IMG/VR virus record: IMGVR_UViG_3300037419_000329
Coordinates: 1-37,485 of that record
Length of the DNA stretch: 37,485 nt
Source of the DNA: a virus
Taxonomy: Duplodnaviria > Caudoviricetes
Reading direction: 5' to 3' (one strand)
Shown piece after piece: positions 1-8,356 of this stretch. A model generated the notes under the pieces. The model was not told the DNA's origin, did no database searches, and was given only the letters and a program-made list of their open reading frames with translations. Each line of letters opens with the position of its first letter. Within the stretch, counting starts at the first letter, position 1. The position numbers were made by a program, and so were the translations under genes.

Positions 1-2
1 TG

Positions 3-176
3 AACCGTCAGCGCGGTGCTGACGCGTTCGACCGCGGCCTCGGCATCGACGACCACAACATGAACCCGTGGGTTAATGCCGTCGCAGATTGGCGCAAAGG
101 CTGGATGGAGCGCCGCGCAGCTGTACACGCAACTGCCCTTGTCAAGTTCGCGATGGGTCGGGGGACGCCTCCATGA
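3..176 (+). CDS. Partial small phage protein, possibly Rmf/CrpP-like
   Basis: Open frame NRQRGADAFDRGLG...NPW...DWRKGW ending in TGA that overlaps the next ATG (ATGA); 5' end cut by the window edge. Confidence 0.5.
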   Translation, partial: NRQRGADAFDRGLGIDDHNMNPWVNAVADWRKGWMERRAAVHATALVKFAMGRGTPP

Positions 177-493
177 GCAAAATCTCCCTTGAATCCGATC
201 AACTGACTTCAGTGATTCGACTGAAGGTTATCGAAGCCGGCAGCAAAGGCGTTACGGCCAACAAGATCGCACAAGAGCTGAATCTCACCCGCTACTGCAT
301 CAGTAAGCGCCTAGCGTTCCTGGAAGATACGGGCAGCGTCTACCACGTCCGCCGTACGCGCCCCTACGGTGGCGGCCACTTCCATACATTCCACCCTGGC
401 TCAACGCGTCCCGCAGCTGAAAAGAATGCCCCGCCACGCCGCGACTGGCTTGTTGAGGCGTTCTTCGGTCCTGCACGTAAGGAGGCAGCATGA
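173..493 (+). CDS. Winged helix-turn-helix DNA-binding protein
   Basis: TANKIAQELNLTRYCISKRLAFLEDTGSV HTH pattern; ATG 173 coupled to the upstream stop. Confidence 0.65.
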   Translation: MSKISLESDQLTSVIRLKVIEAGSKGVTANKIAQELNLTRYCISKRLAFLEDTGSVYHVRRTRPYGGGHFHTFHPGSTRPAAEKNAPPRRDWLVEAFFGPARKEAA

Positions 494-744
494 ACGGCCT
501 CATCAGCATTCAGAAGTGGCTCGGCCACAAGGGTGATCCGATGTCGCCTGAATCCATCCAGTTCACTACGCGTCCGGCCATGAGCTGCCGCGGCTGCATG
601 TTCGACGGCCAGCCTGCGTCCGTGTGCGATCGCGCGTGCACGGTTGCCCAGCGCGCCGAAATGGATCACTGCGAAGCTGGGTTCATCTACGTGGCGAAAG
701 AAGTGGATCCGCGCCAGGCCAATCTGCTGGATCGAGAGCACTGA
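490..744 (+). CDS. Hypothetical Cys-rich phage protein
   Basis: GGAGG RBS, ATGA overlap, CxxC motif. Confidence 0.6.
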   Translation: MNGLISIQKWLGHKGDPMSPESIQFTTRPAMSCRGCMFDGQPASVCDRACTVAQRAEMDHCEAGFIYVAKEVDPRQANLLDREH

Positions 745-746
745 CC

Positions 747-1103
747 ATGGCGCGCATCCGTTCCATTAATCGCGACGCACGCGGCCACTTCATCAAGAAG
801 GCAATCCCTGCCTCAGTACGCCGTGAACTCGCTACGCGCCATGGCTGCGCGCCTGGCCGATCGGTGCCGGTCAAGTGCGCCTATTGCAACTTCGTCGGCG
901 GCGTGCACTGGACCGTACAGCCTACCGACCGTGGCCCTGGCTGGGTCGCCTTCACTGGTCTAGAGATGGACCACGTCACCGCCGAGATCAACGGCGGCGC
1001 GACGTCGGCGGAGAACATCGTTCTTGCCTGTCTACCCTGCAACCGCTCCAAGAGCATCAAAGCCGTCTCGGCATGGAAGGATCGCGATGGCGCGCGCCCG
1101 TAA
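747..1103 (+). CDS. HNH endonuclease
   Basis: CAYC...LEMDHV...GG...NIVLACLPCNRSK motif. Confidence 0.85.
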   Translation: MARIRSINRDARGHFIKKAIPASVRRELATRHGCAPGRSVPVKCAYCNFVGGVHWTVQPTDRGPGWVAFTGLEMDHVTAEINGGATSAENIVLACLPCNRSKSIKAVSAWKDRDGARP

Positions 1104-1983
1104 CATCAAACCCGGCTTCTTCACGAACGACATGCTTGCCGAATGCACGCCGCTGGCCCGTCTCCTGTTCGCAGGTCTCTGGCTGCATTGCGACCGTGAA
1201 GGCCGCATGGAAGACCGCCCGAAGAAAATCAAAGCCGAGATTCTCCCATATGACTCGTGCGATGCCGATGCCCTGCTCGGTGAACTCGAGACGCATGGCT
1301 TCATCATTCGGTACCCGCACGGTGATCGTCGCTACATTCAAGTGACGAATTTCGGAAAACACCAGAACCCTCACATCAAAGAAGCGGCTAGTGAAATACC
1401 AGCACCAGCCCAGCACAGTGCTAGTACGGTGCAAGCACCGGAAATTCCGGAACCAGTCGGGCTGAATCCCTCATCCCCTATCCTGAATCCTGAATCCCTC
1501 ACCACCACCGACGCGAGCGCGCCGGCGGAAGGCGGTGGCGGCGATGTGCCCGTCGAAGCGGATGACCTGAACGCCCCGAAGGCTGCACCTCTGCCGCCGC
1601 GCGACGAGATCCCGCCCTCTGCTAGCCCTGCCGTTGCCCTGACTGTCGCTCTGCGTCCGATGGGCGTTACGGCGACGAGCATGCACCCGACCGTCATCGC
1701 CTGGGCTGAACGCGGGGTGTCGGTCGAATTGCTGACCGAGGCAGTGCGGTTGGCGCGGGAGCACAAAGGCGATGAGTCGATCCCGCCGCAGTACCTCGCC
1801 CCGATCGTCGAGCGCCTGCTCAACCCGCGAGCGGATCGCCGAGCTGTTCCTCGAACTGGCGGCCAATCGCAGAAGTTTCACTTCGCCGAGGTCGATCGCT
1901 CGGCCGATGTGGCAGCGATGCACGCCGGACTGGCGGCGCGCGGCGCGACGGCGGCCGACCTCGACGACGACAGCCCACTCTGA
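1087..1983 (+). CDS. Phage replication initiator protein (O-like)
   Basis: MARARNIKPGFF...ARLLFAGLW...DREGR N-terminus typical of phage replication proteins; lies upstream of a DnaC-like gene. Confidence 0.85.
   Translation: MARARNIKPGFFTNDMLAECTPLARLLFAGLWLHCDREGRMEDRPKKIKAEILPYDSCDADALLGELETHGFIIRYPHGDRRYIQVTNFGKHQNPHIKEAASEIPAPAQHSASTVQAPEIPEPVGLNPSSPILNPESLTTTDASAPAEGGGGDVPVEADDLNAPKAAPLPPRDEIPPSASPAVALTVALRPMGVTATSMHPTVIAWAERGVSVELLTEAVRLAREHKGDESIPPQYLAPIVERLLNPRADRRAVPRTGGQSQKFHFAEVDRSADVAAMHAGLAARGATAADLDDDSPL
1398..1500. repeat. Putative replication origin repeats inside the initiator gene
   Basis: AGCAC/GTGC palindromic repeats 1398-1440 and CTGAATCC x3 (1462, 1483, 1490). Confidence 0.4.
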
Positions 1984-1993
1984 CGGAGCGACC

Positions 1994-2782
1994 ATGGAAT
2001 CGATTCAAACCTTGATCCCCGGCTTAGGCCGCATGCACATGCTGGCCGGCACCTGCGAGCAGCACGGCCCGGCTGACGTCCTCGTGCGCAACGGTGCCGC
2101 TTGGCACTGCCCGCGCTGCCTAGATGCCCTACTGGCTGCCGAGGCACACGACAGATGGAAGGCGGAGCGCTCTGCCGCGCTGATGGCTGCTGCCACTATC
2201 CCGAAGAAGTACCTTGAGCAGAAGTTCGTCGCTACGACTCCTGAGCAGAAAGGCGTACGCCACACCACCCGCATGTTTCGGGACTTCATCCTAGGTGATC
2301 CGGCGTGGGGTGCGCTGATCCTGTCCGGGACCACTGGCACCGGCAAGACGCTGCTGGCCTGCGACCTGGCGCAATCACTCATCAAGAACGCGGTTCGATC
2401 GATCCGCTATATCACGGCCAACGGGATGATCAGCGAAGTTCAGGCCAGCTACAGCACCGAAGGCAAAAGCAAGGAAGGCGAGATCCTGCGCTTCGTGCAG
2501 TACGACGTGCTGATCCTCGACGAGATCGATGCTAAGCCAGACCGCGAGGATGCAAACCTCATCCTGACCGAAGTGGTCAACCGTCGCTACAACGAGCAAA
2601 AGCCTGTGATCGCGATCAGCAATCAGCCGCTGGCCGACCTGGCGAGGTTCGTCGGCGATCGCGTACAAAGCCGTTTGCACGAGAACGCGTTCATCTGCGC
2701 CTTCACCTGGGGCGATGCCCGCAAGACCAGCGCGCATCAAGCCGAGAACGTGATTTCAATCGCTGAGGGGCGCCGGCCATGA
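1994..2782 (+). CDS. DnaC/IstB-like ATPase (helicase loader)
   Basis: Walker A GTTGTGKT, Walker B VLILDE, N-terminal CxxH/CxxC, SN and R motifs; GGAG RBS before ATG 1994. Confidence 0.9.
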   Translation: MESIQTLIPGLGRMHMLAGTCEQHGPADVLVRNGAAWHCPRCLDALLAAEAHDRWKAERSAALMAAATIPKKYLEQKFVATTPEQKGVRHTTRMFRDFILGDPAWGALILSGTTGTGKTLLACDLAQSLIKNAVRSIRYITANGMISEVQASYSTEGKSKEGEILRFVQYDVLILDEIDAKPDREDANLILTEVVNRRYNEQKPVIAISNQPLADLARFVGDRVQSRLHENAFICAFTWGDARKTSAHQAENVISIAEGRRP

Positions 2783-2964
2783 GCAGGAACCTACACGCCG
2801 ACGCAATCGCCCTGTACCCGTACAACAACGGCACCAGCTTCGACTACAAAGCCTGGGCAAAACGGATCTTGTGGCGGCAGGAACAAAAAGACCCTGACCT
2901 AACAACGCTGCAGATCAGGTTCGCCACCGAGGCCATGAACCGCGGGCCCGAGGAGACGAAATGA
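2779..2964 (+). CDS. Hypothetical phage protein
   Basis: ATGA-coupled ORF with a DYKAWAKRI motif. Confidence 0.6.
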   Translation: MSRNLHADAIALYPYNNGTSFDYKAWAKRILWRQEQKDPDLTTLQIRFATEAMNRGPEETK

Positions 2965-3293
2965 AAACGACCGAACTTCGCGAGTACTTCGCTGCCCACG
3001 CACCGCTGCCCATCCCGGACTGGTTCAAGGGCGACCACGGCAACAACATGCCGCTGATCCCTGATGCGCCGAGCCATTGGGGCGCCGCAGAGGCATCTCA
3101 GTTCGTCGACCTCAAGAACGGCATTGGCCTCGTGATTCACGCCAAGCAGGAGGTGGCCGAGTTTTACGCGTGCTGGCTCGTGGCAAAGAGCAAGCAGGCC
3201 GCGTGGAAGGACCAGATGCGCGAGAAGAAGTACTTCGCCTGGCGTTGGTATTACGCCGATCAGATGATCGCCAGCCGCCGCGGCCAGCCATGA
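2961..3293 (+). CDS. Hypothetical phage protein
   Basis: GAGGAG RBS; LREYFAAHAP...YADQMI motif common in phage early genes. Confidence 0.7.
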   Translation: MKTTELREYFAAHAPLPIPDWFKGDHGNNMPLIPDAPSHWGAAEASQFVDLKNGIGLVIHAKQEVAEFYACWLVAKSKQAAWKDQMREKKYFAWRWYYADQMIASRRGQP

Positions 3294-3487
3294 ACCGCCC
3301 GCCCGTCCCCTGCGTCCTGTGCTCCCGCTTCCACCGCAAGGACGACGCACCGCCGGCCCACGGCTACTGCGAAGGCTTCGAGAAGTTCCGGCGCCACGAC
3401 GACACGAACGAGGCATGCGTGCTGTTCAACCATGCGAAGGACGAAGCGAGGCGTAAGGCGTGGGCGGAACAACAGGAGAAATCATGA
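3290..3487 (+). CDS. Hypothetical Cys/His-rich protein
   Basis: ATGA-coupled; CVLCSRF...GYC...C. Confidence 0.6.
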   Translation: MNRPPVPCVLCSRFHRKDDAPPAHGYCEGFEKFRRHDDTNEACVLFNHAKDEARRKAWAEQQEKS

Positions 3488-3567
3488 CGCGGCAAGAACT
3501 ACACGAACGCATCGCCGGCCTGCACTTCACGATGCTGATGATGCGTTTAGGCGTACGGATGAAGTAA
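3484..3567 (+). CDS. Small 27-aa ORF
   Basis: AGGAG RBS, ATGA overlap, MTRQELHERIAGLHFTMLMMRLGVRMK. Confidence 0.35.
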   Translation: MTRQELHERIAGLHFTMLMMRLGVRMK

Positions 3568-3620
3568 CCACCACCCCGCCCGGCCGCCGGGCGGCAAAAC
3601 AACGACACGAAAGGGAGCCA

Positions 3621-3830
3621 ATGAAAAAGAGAACCGTTATCAACATCAAGAGTCTGCCGATGCGCGCACCAACACATGCGGCGATCGTCTGGTGGCTGCT
3701 GCTTGACCGCCTCAACGCACCTGCATGGGCCTACGGCGTGATGTGGACCATTGTTGGGATTCTGGTGATCGGCTTCGTCGTCGAAGCAGCGACGGCTGAG
3801 CACAAGAATGTGCCCGGCTTCGGCGAGTAG
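3621..3830 (+). CDS. Small membrane protein
   Basis: GGGAG RBS; hydrophobic segments. Confidence 0.6.
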   Translation: MKKRTVINIKSLPMRAPTHAAIVWWLLLDRLNAPAWAYGVMWTIVGILVIGFVVEAATAEHKNVPGFGE

Positions 3831-3861
3831 TTCGACAACAACGATAGGGAGAACCTGAGCG

Positions 3862-4080
3862 ATGAAAGTGATCATCCAATTCAAGGATCCGGACGCGATC
3901 CACGACATCATCAACGCCAAGCATCCGCTACCGGACGATGAGGACGACATCACGCCTCGGATGGAGAAGGCGCAAGAAGACTTCGGCGACGAGTACTTCG
4001 AATACGGCGACTACGGTCGCATCGAGATCGATACCGAGACCCTGGCCGCGCGCCTGCTGCCCCGGAGCGAATGGAAATGA
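3862..4080 (+). CDS. Hypothetical acidic phage protein
   Basis: GGGAG RBS; EYFEYGDY motif. Confidence 0.6.
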   Translation: MKVIIQFKDPDAIHDIINAKHPLPDDEDDITPRMEKAQEDFGDEYFEYGDYGRIEIDTETLAARLLPRSEWK

Positions 4081-4670
4081 CGGGCCTCACTCGCTCCACC
4101 GCGCTGCGCACCACGCTCCGCGAACGCAAGTGCGTCATCTGCTCCGAGAAGTTCAAGCAGGCGCGCGCCATGCAGAAGGTATGCGGGCCGGCCTGCGCTG
4201 CAGCCCACGTGCGCCGTGAGAACGAGAAGGCCGACCGTAAGGACACGCGCGAGCGCAAGGCCAAGATCAAGACGCGCTCGCAGCACATCGCCGAGACGCA
4301 GGTGGCATTCAACGCACTGGTGAGATTCAGGGACCGCAACGAGACGTGCATCAGCTGCCCGACCGTGCTGTCGACGCTGGATGGCACGCCAGGCGGCGGC
4401 TACGACTGCGGACATTACCGCAGCCGCGGCAGCGCACCTCATTTGCGCTTCGACTTCCGCAACGCGCACGGCCAGTGCAAGAAGTGCAACCGATACCGCG
4501 CCGGCAATGCCGCCGACTACCGCATCGGCCTGATCGGGCGTATCGGGCTCGCCGCCGTCGAAGCGCTCGAGTGCGACCAAATCGGCGGAGATTGGACGAT
4601 CGCCGGCCTGCAAGCCATGAAGGCAGATTTCAAAGCGCAGCTGCGCGCACTGAAGGAGAAAGCATTATGA
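4077..4670 (+). CDS. ninG: NinG/Rap-family recombination endonuclease
   Basis: CVIC, CGPAC, RDRNETCISC, DCGHYRSRG, NAHGQCKKCN motifs. Confidence 0.9.
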   Translation: MTGLTRSTALRTTLRERKCVICSEKFKQARAMQKVCGPACAAAHVRRENEKADRKDTRERKAKIKTRSQHIAETQVAFNALVRFRDRNETCISCPTVLSTLDGTPGGGYDCGHYRSRGSAPHLRFDFRNAHGQCKKCNRYRAGNAADYRIGLIGRIGLAAVEALECDQIGGDWTIAGLQAMKADFKAQLRALKEKAL

Positions 4671-4861
4671 TCCCGTTCCGTGAACTTCTGGCTAACATAT
4701 CGGCATCCATCGCCCGCTCTGAGGCAGACGCTGCCCGCGCAGCCGAGAAGGCTGCAGCGCACAAAGGACCGTGGCGCCGCAAGTCGGACGCGGTCGACGT
4801 GCAGGCGCACGTAGTTGCTGATCCGCTTGCCCTGCCGGGCGCCGAGGAGGTTGCCCCTTGA
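4667..4861 (+). CDS. Hypothetical protein
   Basis: AAGGAG RBS, ATGA coupling. Confidence 0.55.
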   Translation: MIPFRELLANISASIARSEADAARAAEKAAAHKGPWRRKSDAVDVQAHVVADPLALPGAEEVAP

Positions 4862-5232
4862 GCCAGCACAAAGACATCGCCTACCGCCTAGACAACTGGG
4901 CATCCTGGCTTCGCTCGATGGAGCGCAACCGCGGCACGTGCATCACCGGCATCATCTGCGCCAACATGCGCGAGGCCGCCCTCGGCAACGTGTGGAGTGG
5001 CCACGATGCGCCGGAGCCAATCGACACCCAAGACGCCGAGCAGATCGAGCGTGCCATGCGTTCGCTGATCAAGCCGAAGCGCGACGCCCTGAAGCTGCAT
5101 TACGTCGAGCGCGTTCGCTGGCAGATCGTATGTCGGCGCGCGCACGTCATGGTGACGCGCGAGCACTTCGAGATGGTCATGCGTCAGGCGCGGGAGGCAG
5201 TGGAATTTGTAGCTAACAAAGGAGTGGCATGA
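4858..5232 (+). CDS. Putative late antiterminator Q
   Basis: RLDNWASW N-terminus, C-terminal HTH-like region, position just before the late promoter; GAGGAGG RBS, TTG start. Confidence 0.7.
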   Translation: MSQHKDIAYRLDNWASWLRSMERNRGTCITGIICANMREAALGNVWSGHDAPEPIDTQDAEQIERAMRSLIKPKRDALKLHYVERVRWQIVCRRAHVMVTREHFEMVMRQAREAVEFVANKGVA

Positions 5233-5447
5233 TCACAAGGCCCCTTTTTGGCGCCCCCGGCGTCACTGAGACTGTCCAATATGACATCATCAATGGTCTA
5301 AAACTGCACCGATGGGACAAAGACGGTGATGAAATATCCCTGCATTCCACATTCTACGAGGGGCTGATGGATGACTACGAGGGCTGGCTCGAAAAGCAGC
5401 GTGCTGTAGTACGGAAACGGTTCAACGACGCAAACTATGATTCCTGA
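5229..5447 (+). CDS. Hypothetical protein
   Basis: AAGGAG RBS, ATGA coupling. Confidence 0.55.
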   Translation: MITRPLFGAPGVTETVQYDIINGLKLHRWDKDGDEISLHSTFYEGLMDDYEGWLEKQRAVVRKRFNDANYDS

Positions 5448-5457
5448 ACGGAATCTC

Positions 5458-5486
5458 TTGACTAACTGCAAGCTCAGCAGTACATT
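5458..5486 (+). promoter_or_regulatory. Late promoter (pR'-like), sigma70
   Basis: TTGACT-17 bp-TACATT downstream of the Q-like gene. Confidence 0.8.
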
Positions 5487-5563
5487 CCAAACAACAACTA
5501 ATTTCCGTCTATCATGACGTGTTGATTGCTCCCATGCGGGAGCTTTCGGCCGCCCGAAGAAGC

Positions 5564-5602
5564 AGAGCCCCGGTCAGCAATGATGCGGGGCTTTTTCGTT
5601 TT
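5564..5602 (+). terminator. Intrinsic terminator (tR'-like)
   Basis: AGCCCCG...CGGGGCT stem followed by TTTTCGTTTT. Confidence 0.7.
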
Positions 5603-5637
5603 CGTCCCTCGTTGTCTCCTCCTCGTTCGCGAGGCTC

Positions 5638-5668
5638 AAGCCCGGCCTAACCCGCCGGGCTTTTTTTT
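5638..5668 (+). terminator. Second intrinsic terminator in the late leader
   Basis: AAGCCCGGC-CTAACCC-GCCGGGCTT plus T run. Confidence 0.8.
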
Positions 5669-5679
5669 GAGGTTGCCTC

Positions 5680-6147
5680 ATGGCTGCTGGCTCGATCATC
5701 ATCCCCAACAAGGCGAAGCTGAACATGTTCAGCGCGACCGACCTGTTGAACCCGGCCAATACGTTCAAGTTGGCCTTGGTGACGTCGGCATGGACGCCGG
5801 ACAACAGTGACACCGGTAACGAGGTATGGGGCGATGTCTCGGCCAATGAGATCGCAGCGGGCAACGGCTATACGGCTGGCGGCATCGCACTGACCAGTGT
5901 CGCGTTGACGCAAGCAAGCGGCACCGTCAAGTTCACGAGCGCTGCCGCGCAATGGACCGCAAGCGGCACCGGTATCCCGGCATGGCGCCGGGGTGTGATC
6001 TACGCCGTCGGCACCCTGAACGGCAAGGTAAATCCCATCGTCGGCCACTTCCTGGGCGACTCGACGCCGGCCGACATCCCGTCTACAAGCAGCGGTAACA
6101 CGCTGACCGTCACACCGAACGCCTCGGGCCTGATCTCAGCAACCTGA
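5680..6147 (+). CDS. Putative virion fibre/appendage subunit (beta-rich)
   Basis: First late gene; FKLALVTSAWTP...NEIAAGNGYTAGG motif seen in phage minor structural proteins; T/G/A-rich. Confidence 0.6.
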   Translation: MAAGSIIIPNKAKLNMFSATDLLNPANTFKLALVTSAWTPDNSDTGNEVWGDVSANEIAAGNGYTAGGIALTSVALTQASGTVKFTSAAAQWTASGTGIPAWRRGVIYAVGTLNGKVNPIVGHFLGDSTPADIPSTSSGNTLTVTPNASGLISAT

Positions 6148-6149
6148 TC

Positions 6150-6584
6150 ATGAGCCTCGCTGACGAAATCAGGAATGACCCGCTTGGCCTGGGTTACGCC
6201 ACCCACTTGCCGAGCGCTCCCGGAGCAGTGGTCGACCTGATCAACGCGCCGACGCAATCGATGGTGAAGACGCGCTATGTGACTGCGCGGACCATCCTGG
6301 CCGAGTGCAACGACGGTGCCCCGATTCTCGACGCGCTTCAGACGATTGGCCAGACCGTCAGCGCCGTCAAATGGATGATGAGCTTCCTGCAGCAGGACTC
6401 CGGCATGGACGCCGGCCACCCGAAAACGCAGGCGACGATCGACAACTTGGTGACATTAGGCGCTCTGTCGGCATCGTACGGGAATCAGCTCAAGGCGCTT
6501 GCCGTACAGCCAGCCAGCCGCGCCGAGGTTCTTGGCCTGCCGGTCGTGACCATCCATGACCTCATTCAAGCCGGAGTTGTGTAA
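6150..6584 (+). CDS. Hypothetical helical protein of the fibre module
   Basis: DPLGLGY...SRAEVLGL motifs; tightly packed in the operon. Confidence 0.65.
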   Translation: MSLADEIRNDPLGLGYATHLPSAPGAVVDLINAPTQSMVKTRYVTARTILAECNDGAPILDALQTIGQTVSAVKWMMSFLQQDSGMDAGHPKTQATIDNLVTLGALSASYGNQLKALAVQPASRAEVLGLPVVTIHDLIQAGVV

Positions 6585-7040
6585 ATGGTATCGACAGTAA
6601 AGCAACCCGTCGCCACAGCTGCATCGCTCACCGTCACCGGCCTATCAAGCCTGGCGGCCGCGACATATGTGACGTCGGCCACGTACAACAACACGACGAA
6701 CGCACCGCTTGACGTGTTTGCCGAGCTGTCCGCTACGCCAACCGGCACGCCCACAGGCAACATGCAGCTTGTGCTATTCGCACAGGCGTCACTTGACGGT
6801 ACGACATGGCAAACCGGACCGGGCAGCGGCACGACCACGACGGACGAATCGGATCTTACATTCATCGGCACGCTGCCGCTGCGCAGCGTATCGACCGCGC
6901 AATTAAAGACATTCTCGACCGCTCTGGCGTTCGGTGGCGTTCTGCCGCCGTACCATCGCTATGTCGTCAAGAACGATTGCGGCGTCACGTTGAGCGCAGG
7001 CGCCATGCGCACCGCTGAAGTCTCGGCCACCGTGGGCTGA
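6585..7040 (+). CDS. Putative beta-sandwich structural protein
   Basis: Thr-rich; ASLDGTTW and YVVKN motifs; GGAG RBS. Confidence 0.6.
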   Translation: MVSTVKQPVATAASLTVTGLSSLAAATYVTSATYNNTTNAPLDVFAELSATPTGTPTGNMQLVLFAQASLDGTTWQTGPGSGTTTTDESDLTFIGTLPLRSVSTAQLKTFSTALAFGGVLPPYHRYVVKNDCGVTLSAGAMRTAEVSATVG

Positions 7041-7042
7041 CA

Positions 7043-8356
7043 ATGTCGGCGATCGCGCTCGCCTCGCGCTGGACGCAGCCGCCGCCGCTTGGTACACCCA
7101 TCGATCCAAAGTGGATCGACCGCGGCCTGCAATTCGTATGGGGCCCGAACACCACGTTTTACATCGCCGAGCCGTGGCGATCCGCAACACAGACCTTCAT
7201 CGGCACCAATATCGGTGCCGTCGCCAACGAGGGTGGCTGGACCACTAACCTCAACGGCAACAACCAGATCAACATCGCGGGAACGATCGTCGGCGCGTCG
7301 CCGACTGAGTTCTCGATGATCGCCGCATGTAAGCCGGCGAGCGTCGCGACCGACATGATTCTGTTGTCTGTGTCGAACGGCTCGAACCTCGTGATGCTGC
7401 AGCAGCGCGTATCGAGTTCGGCTGGCTACATGCTGTATTCGCGCAGCAGCGTCGGCGACGTGATCATCAGCCCCAATGTTGCGCCGACGCTTGGCCCGCT
7501 GCGCACGGCTGGCGGCGTGTGGCGATCTGGCACGGGCGAGAAAAGCACGTTCCTTAACGGCGTCAAGACTGCGTCGGTAACAACCGATACGGGCACCCTG
7601 GCGGTAACGAAAGCATCCGTTGCCGGTGACGCCCGATCGTCGGGCCAGTGCTACAGCGGCGCCCTGCCAATCGGCATGATCTTCAACCGGGCGCTGTCCG
7701 ATGCGGAGATGCGGTCTCTCACGGAGAACCCCTGGCAGATCTTCAAGCCGCTGACGCGCCGGATGTGGATGTTCGACGTCAACGCCGGATCGACAACGAA
7801 CGTCAACCCGGGCGCGGGCGCGTTGTCGCTCAGCGGCTACGCGCCCCAGGTCGGCCAGTCGTTGAATGTCGCTATTGCACCAGGTGCAGGCACGCTGGCA
7901 TTCACAGGCTATGCACCAGCGGTCACGCGGTCAGCGTCGACGAACGTGCAGCCGTCGGCAGGAACCCTGGCTCTTTCTGGATACGCGCCAGGTATCGCGC
8001 AGACGCAGAACCGGAGCGTTGCCCCGGGCGTTGGATCGCTTGCACTTACCGGCTACGCGCCGGCCGTGGTTCGTACGTCGAGCCAAGCGGCGCAGCCGGG
8101 AGTTGGCGCCCTGACGCTGACTGGATATGCGCCGCTAATCACGCAGGCGCCGAATAACGCGCCGCAGCTGTACGCGGTAACGATCATGCGAATTTCGACG
8201 ACGAACAAGCAGACGGATCTTGGCTCGGTACTGAACAAAACCGCGGCGATTAGCTCAACGAGCCCGAATGCCGTAACGATCCTGAGCACCGCGTCAGAGA
8301 ACCACACGGCCGAACTTGGCCCAGCAACCTTGAACCGGACTGTGATTTTCCCATGA
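7043..8356 (+). CDS. LamG/concanavalin-A-like lectin domain plus five 24-aa GYAP repeats (putative fibre/adhesin)
   Basis: TFLNGV...IFNRALSDAEM LamG signature followed by PGxGxLxLxGYAP repeats. Confidence 0.75.
   Translation: MSAIALASRWTQPPPLGTPIDPKWIDRGLQFVWGPNTTFYIAEPWRSATQTFIGTNIGAVANEGGWTTNLNGNNQINIAGTIVGASPTEFSMIAACKPASVATDMILLSVSNGSNLVMLQQRVSSSAGYMLYSRSSVGDVIISPNVAPTLGPLRTAGGVWRSGTGEKSTFLNGVKTASVTTDTGTLAVTKASVAGDARSSGQCYSGALPIGMIFNRALSDAEMRSLTENPWQIFKPLTRRMWMFDVNAGSTTNVNPGAGALSLSGYAPQVGQSLNVAIAPGAGTLAFTGYAPAVTRSASTNVQPSAGTLALSGYAPGIAQTQNRSVAPGVGSLALTGYAPAVVRTSSQAAQPGVGALTLTGYAPLITQAPNNAPQLYAVTIMRISTTNKQTDLGSVLNKTAAISSTSPNAVTILSTASENHTAELGPATLNRTVIFP
7799..8145 (+). repeat. Five degenerate tandem repeats with an exact 72-bp period
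   Basis: GYAP codons begin at 7835, 7907, 7979, 8051, 8123. Confidence 0.9.

Noticed and set aside
1772-1993. N-terminal extension of the DnaC ORF suggesting an initiator-loader frameshift fusion
   Set aside because: A good RBS and ATG exist at 1994, and I saw no slippery sequence in the overlap
3576-3594. GC hairpin CCGCCCGG-CCG-CCGGGCGG (a similar one lies near 37216-37232)
   Set aside because: No U tract and too short to assign; it may be a processing or nut-like element but is unsupported
7799-8145. CRISPR-like periodicity
   Set aside because: The repeats are degenerate at synonymous positions and in frame in a CDS; no conserved DNA repeat with unique spacers and no cas genes
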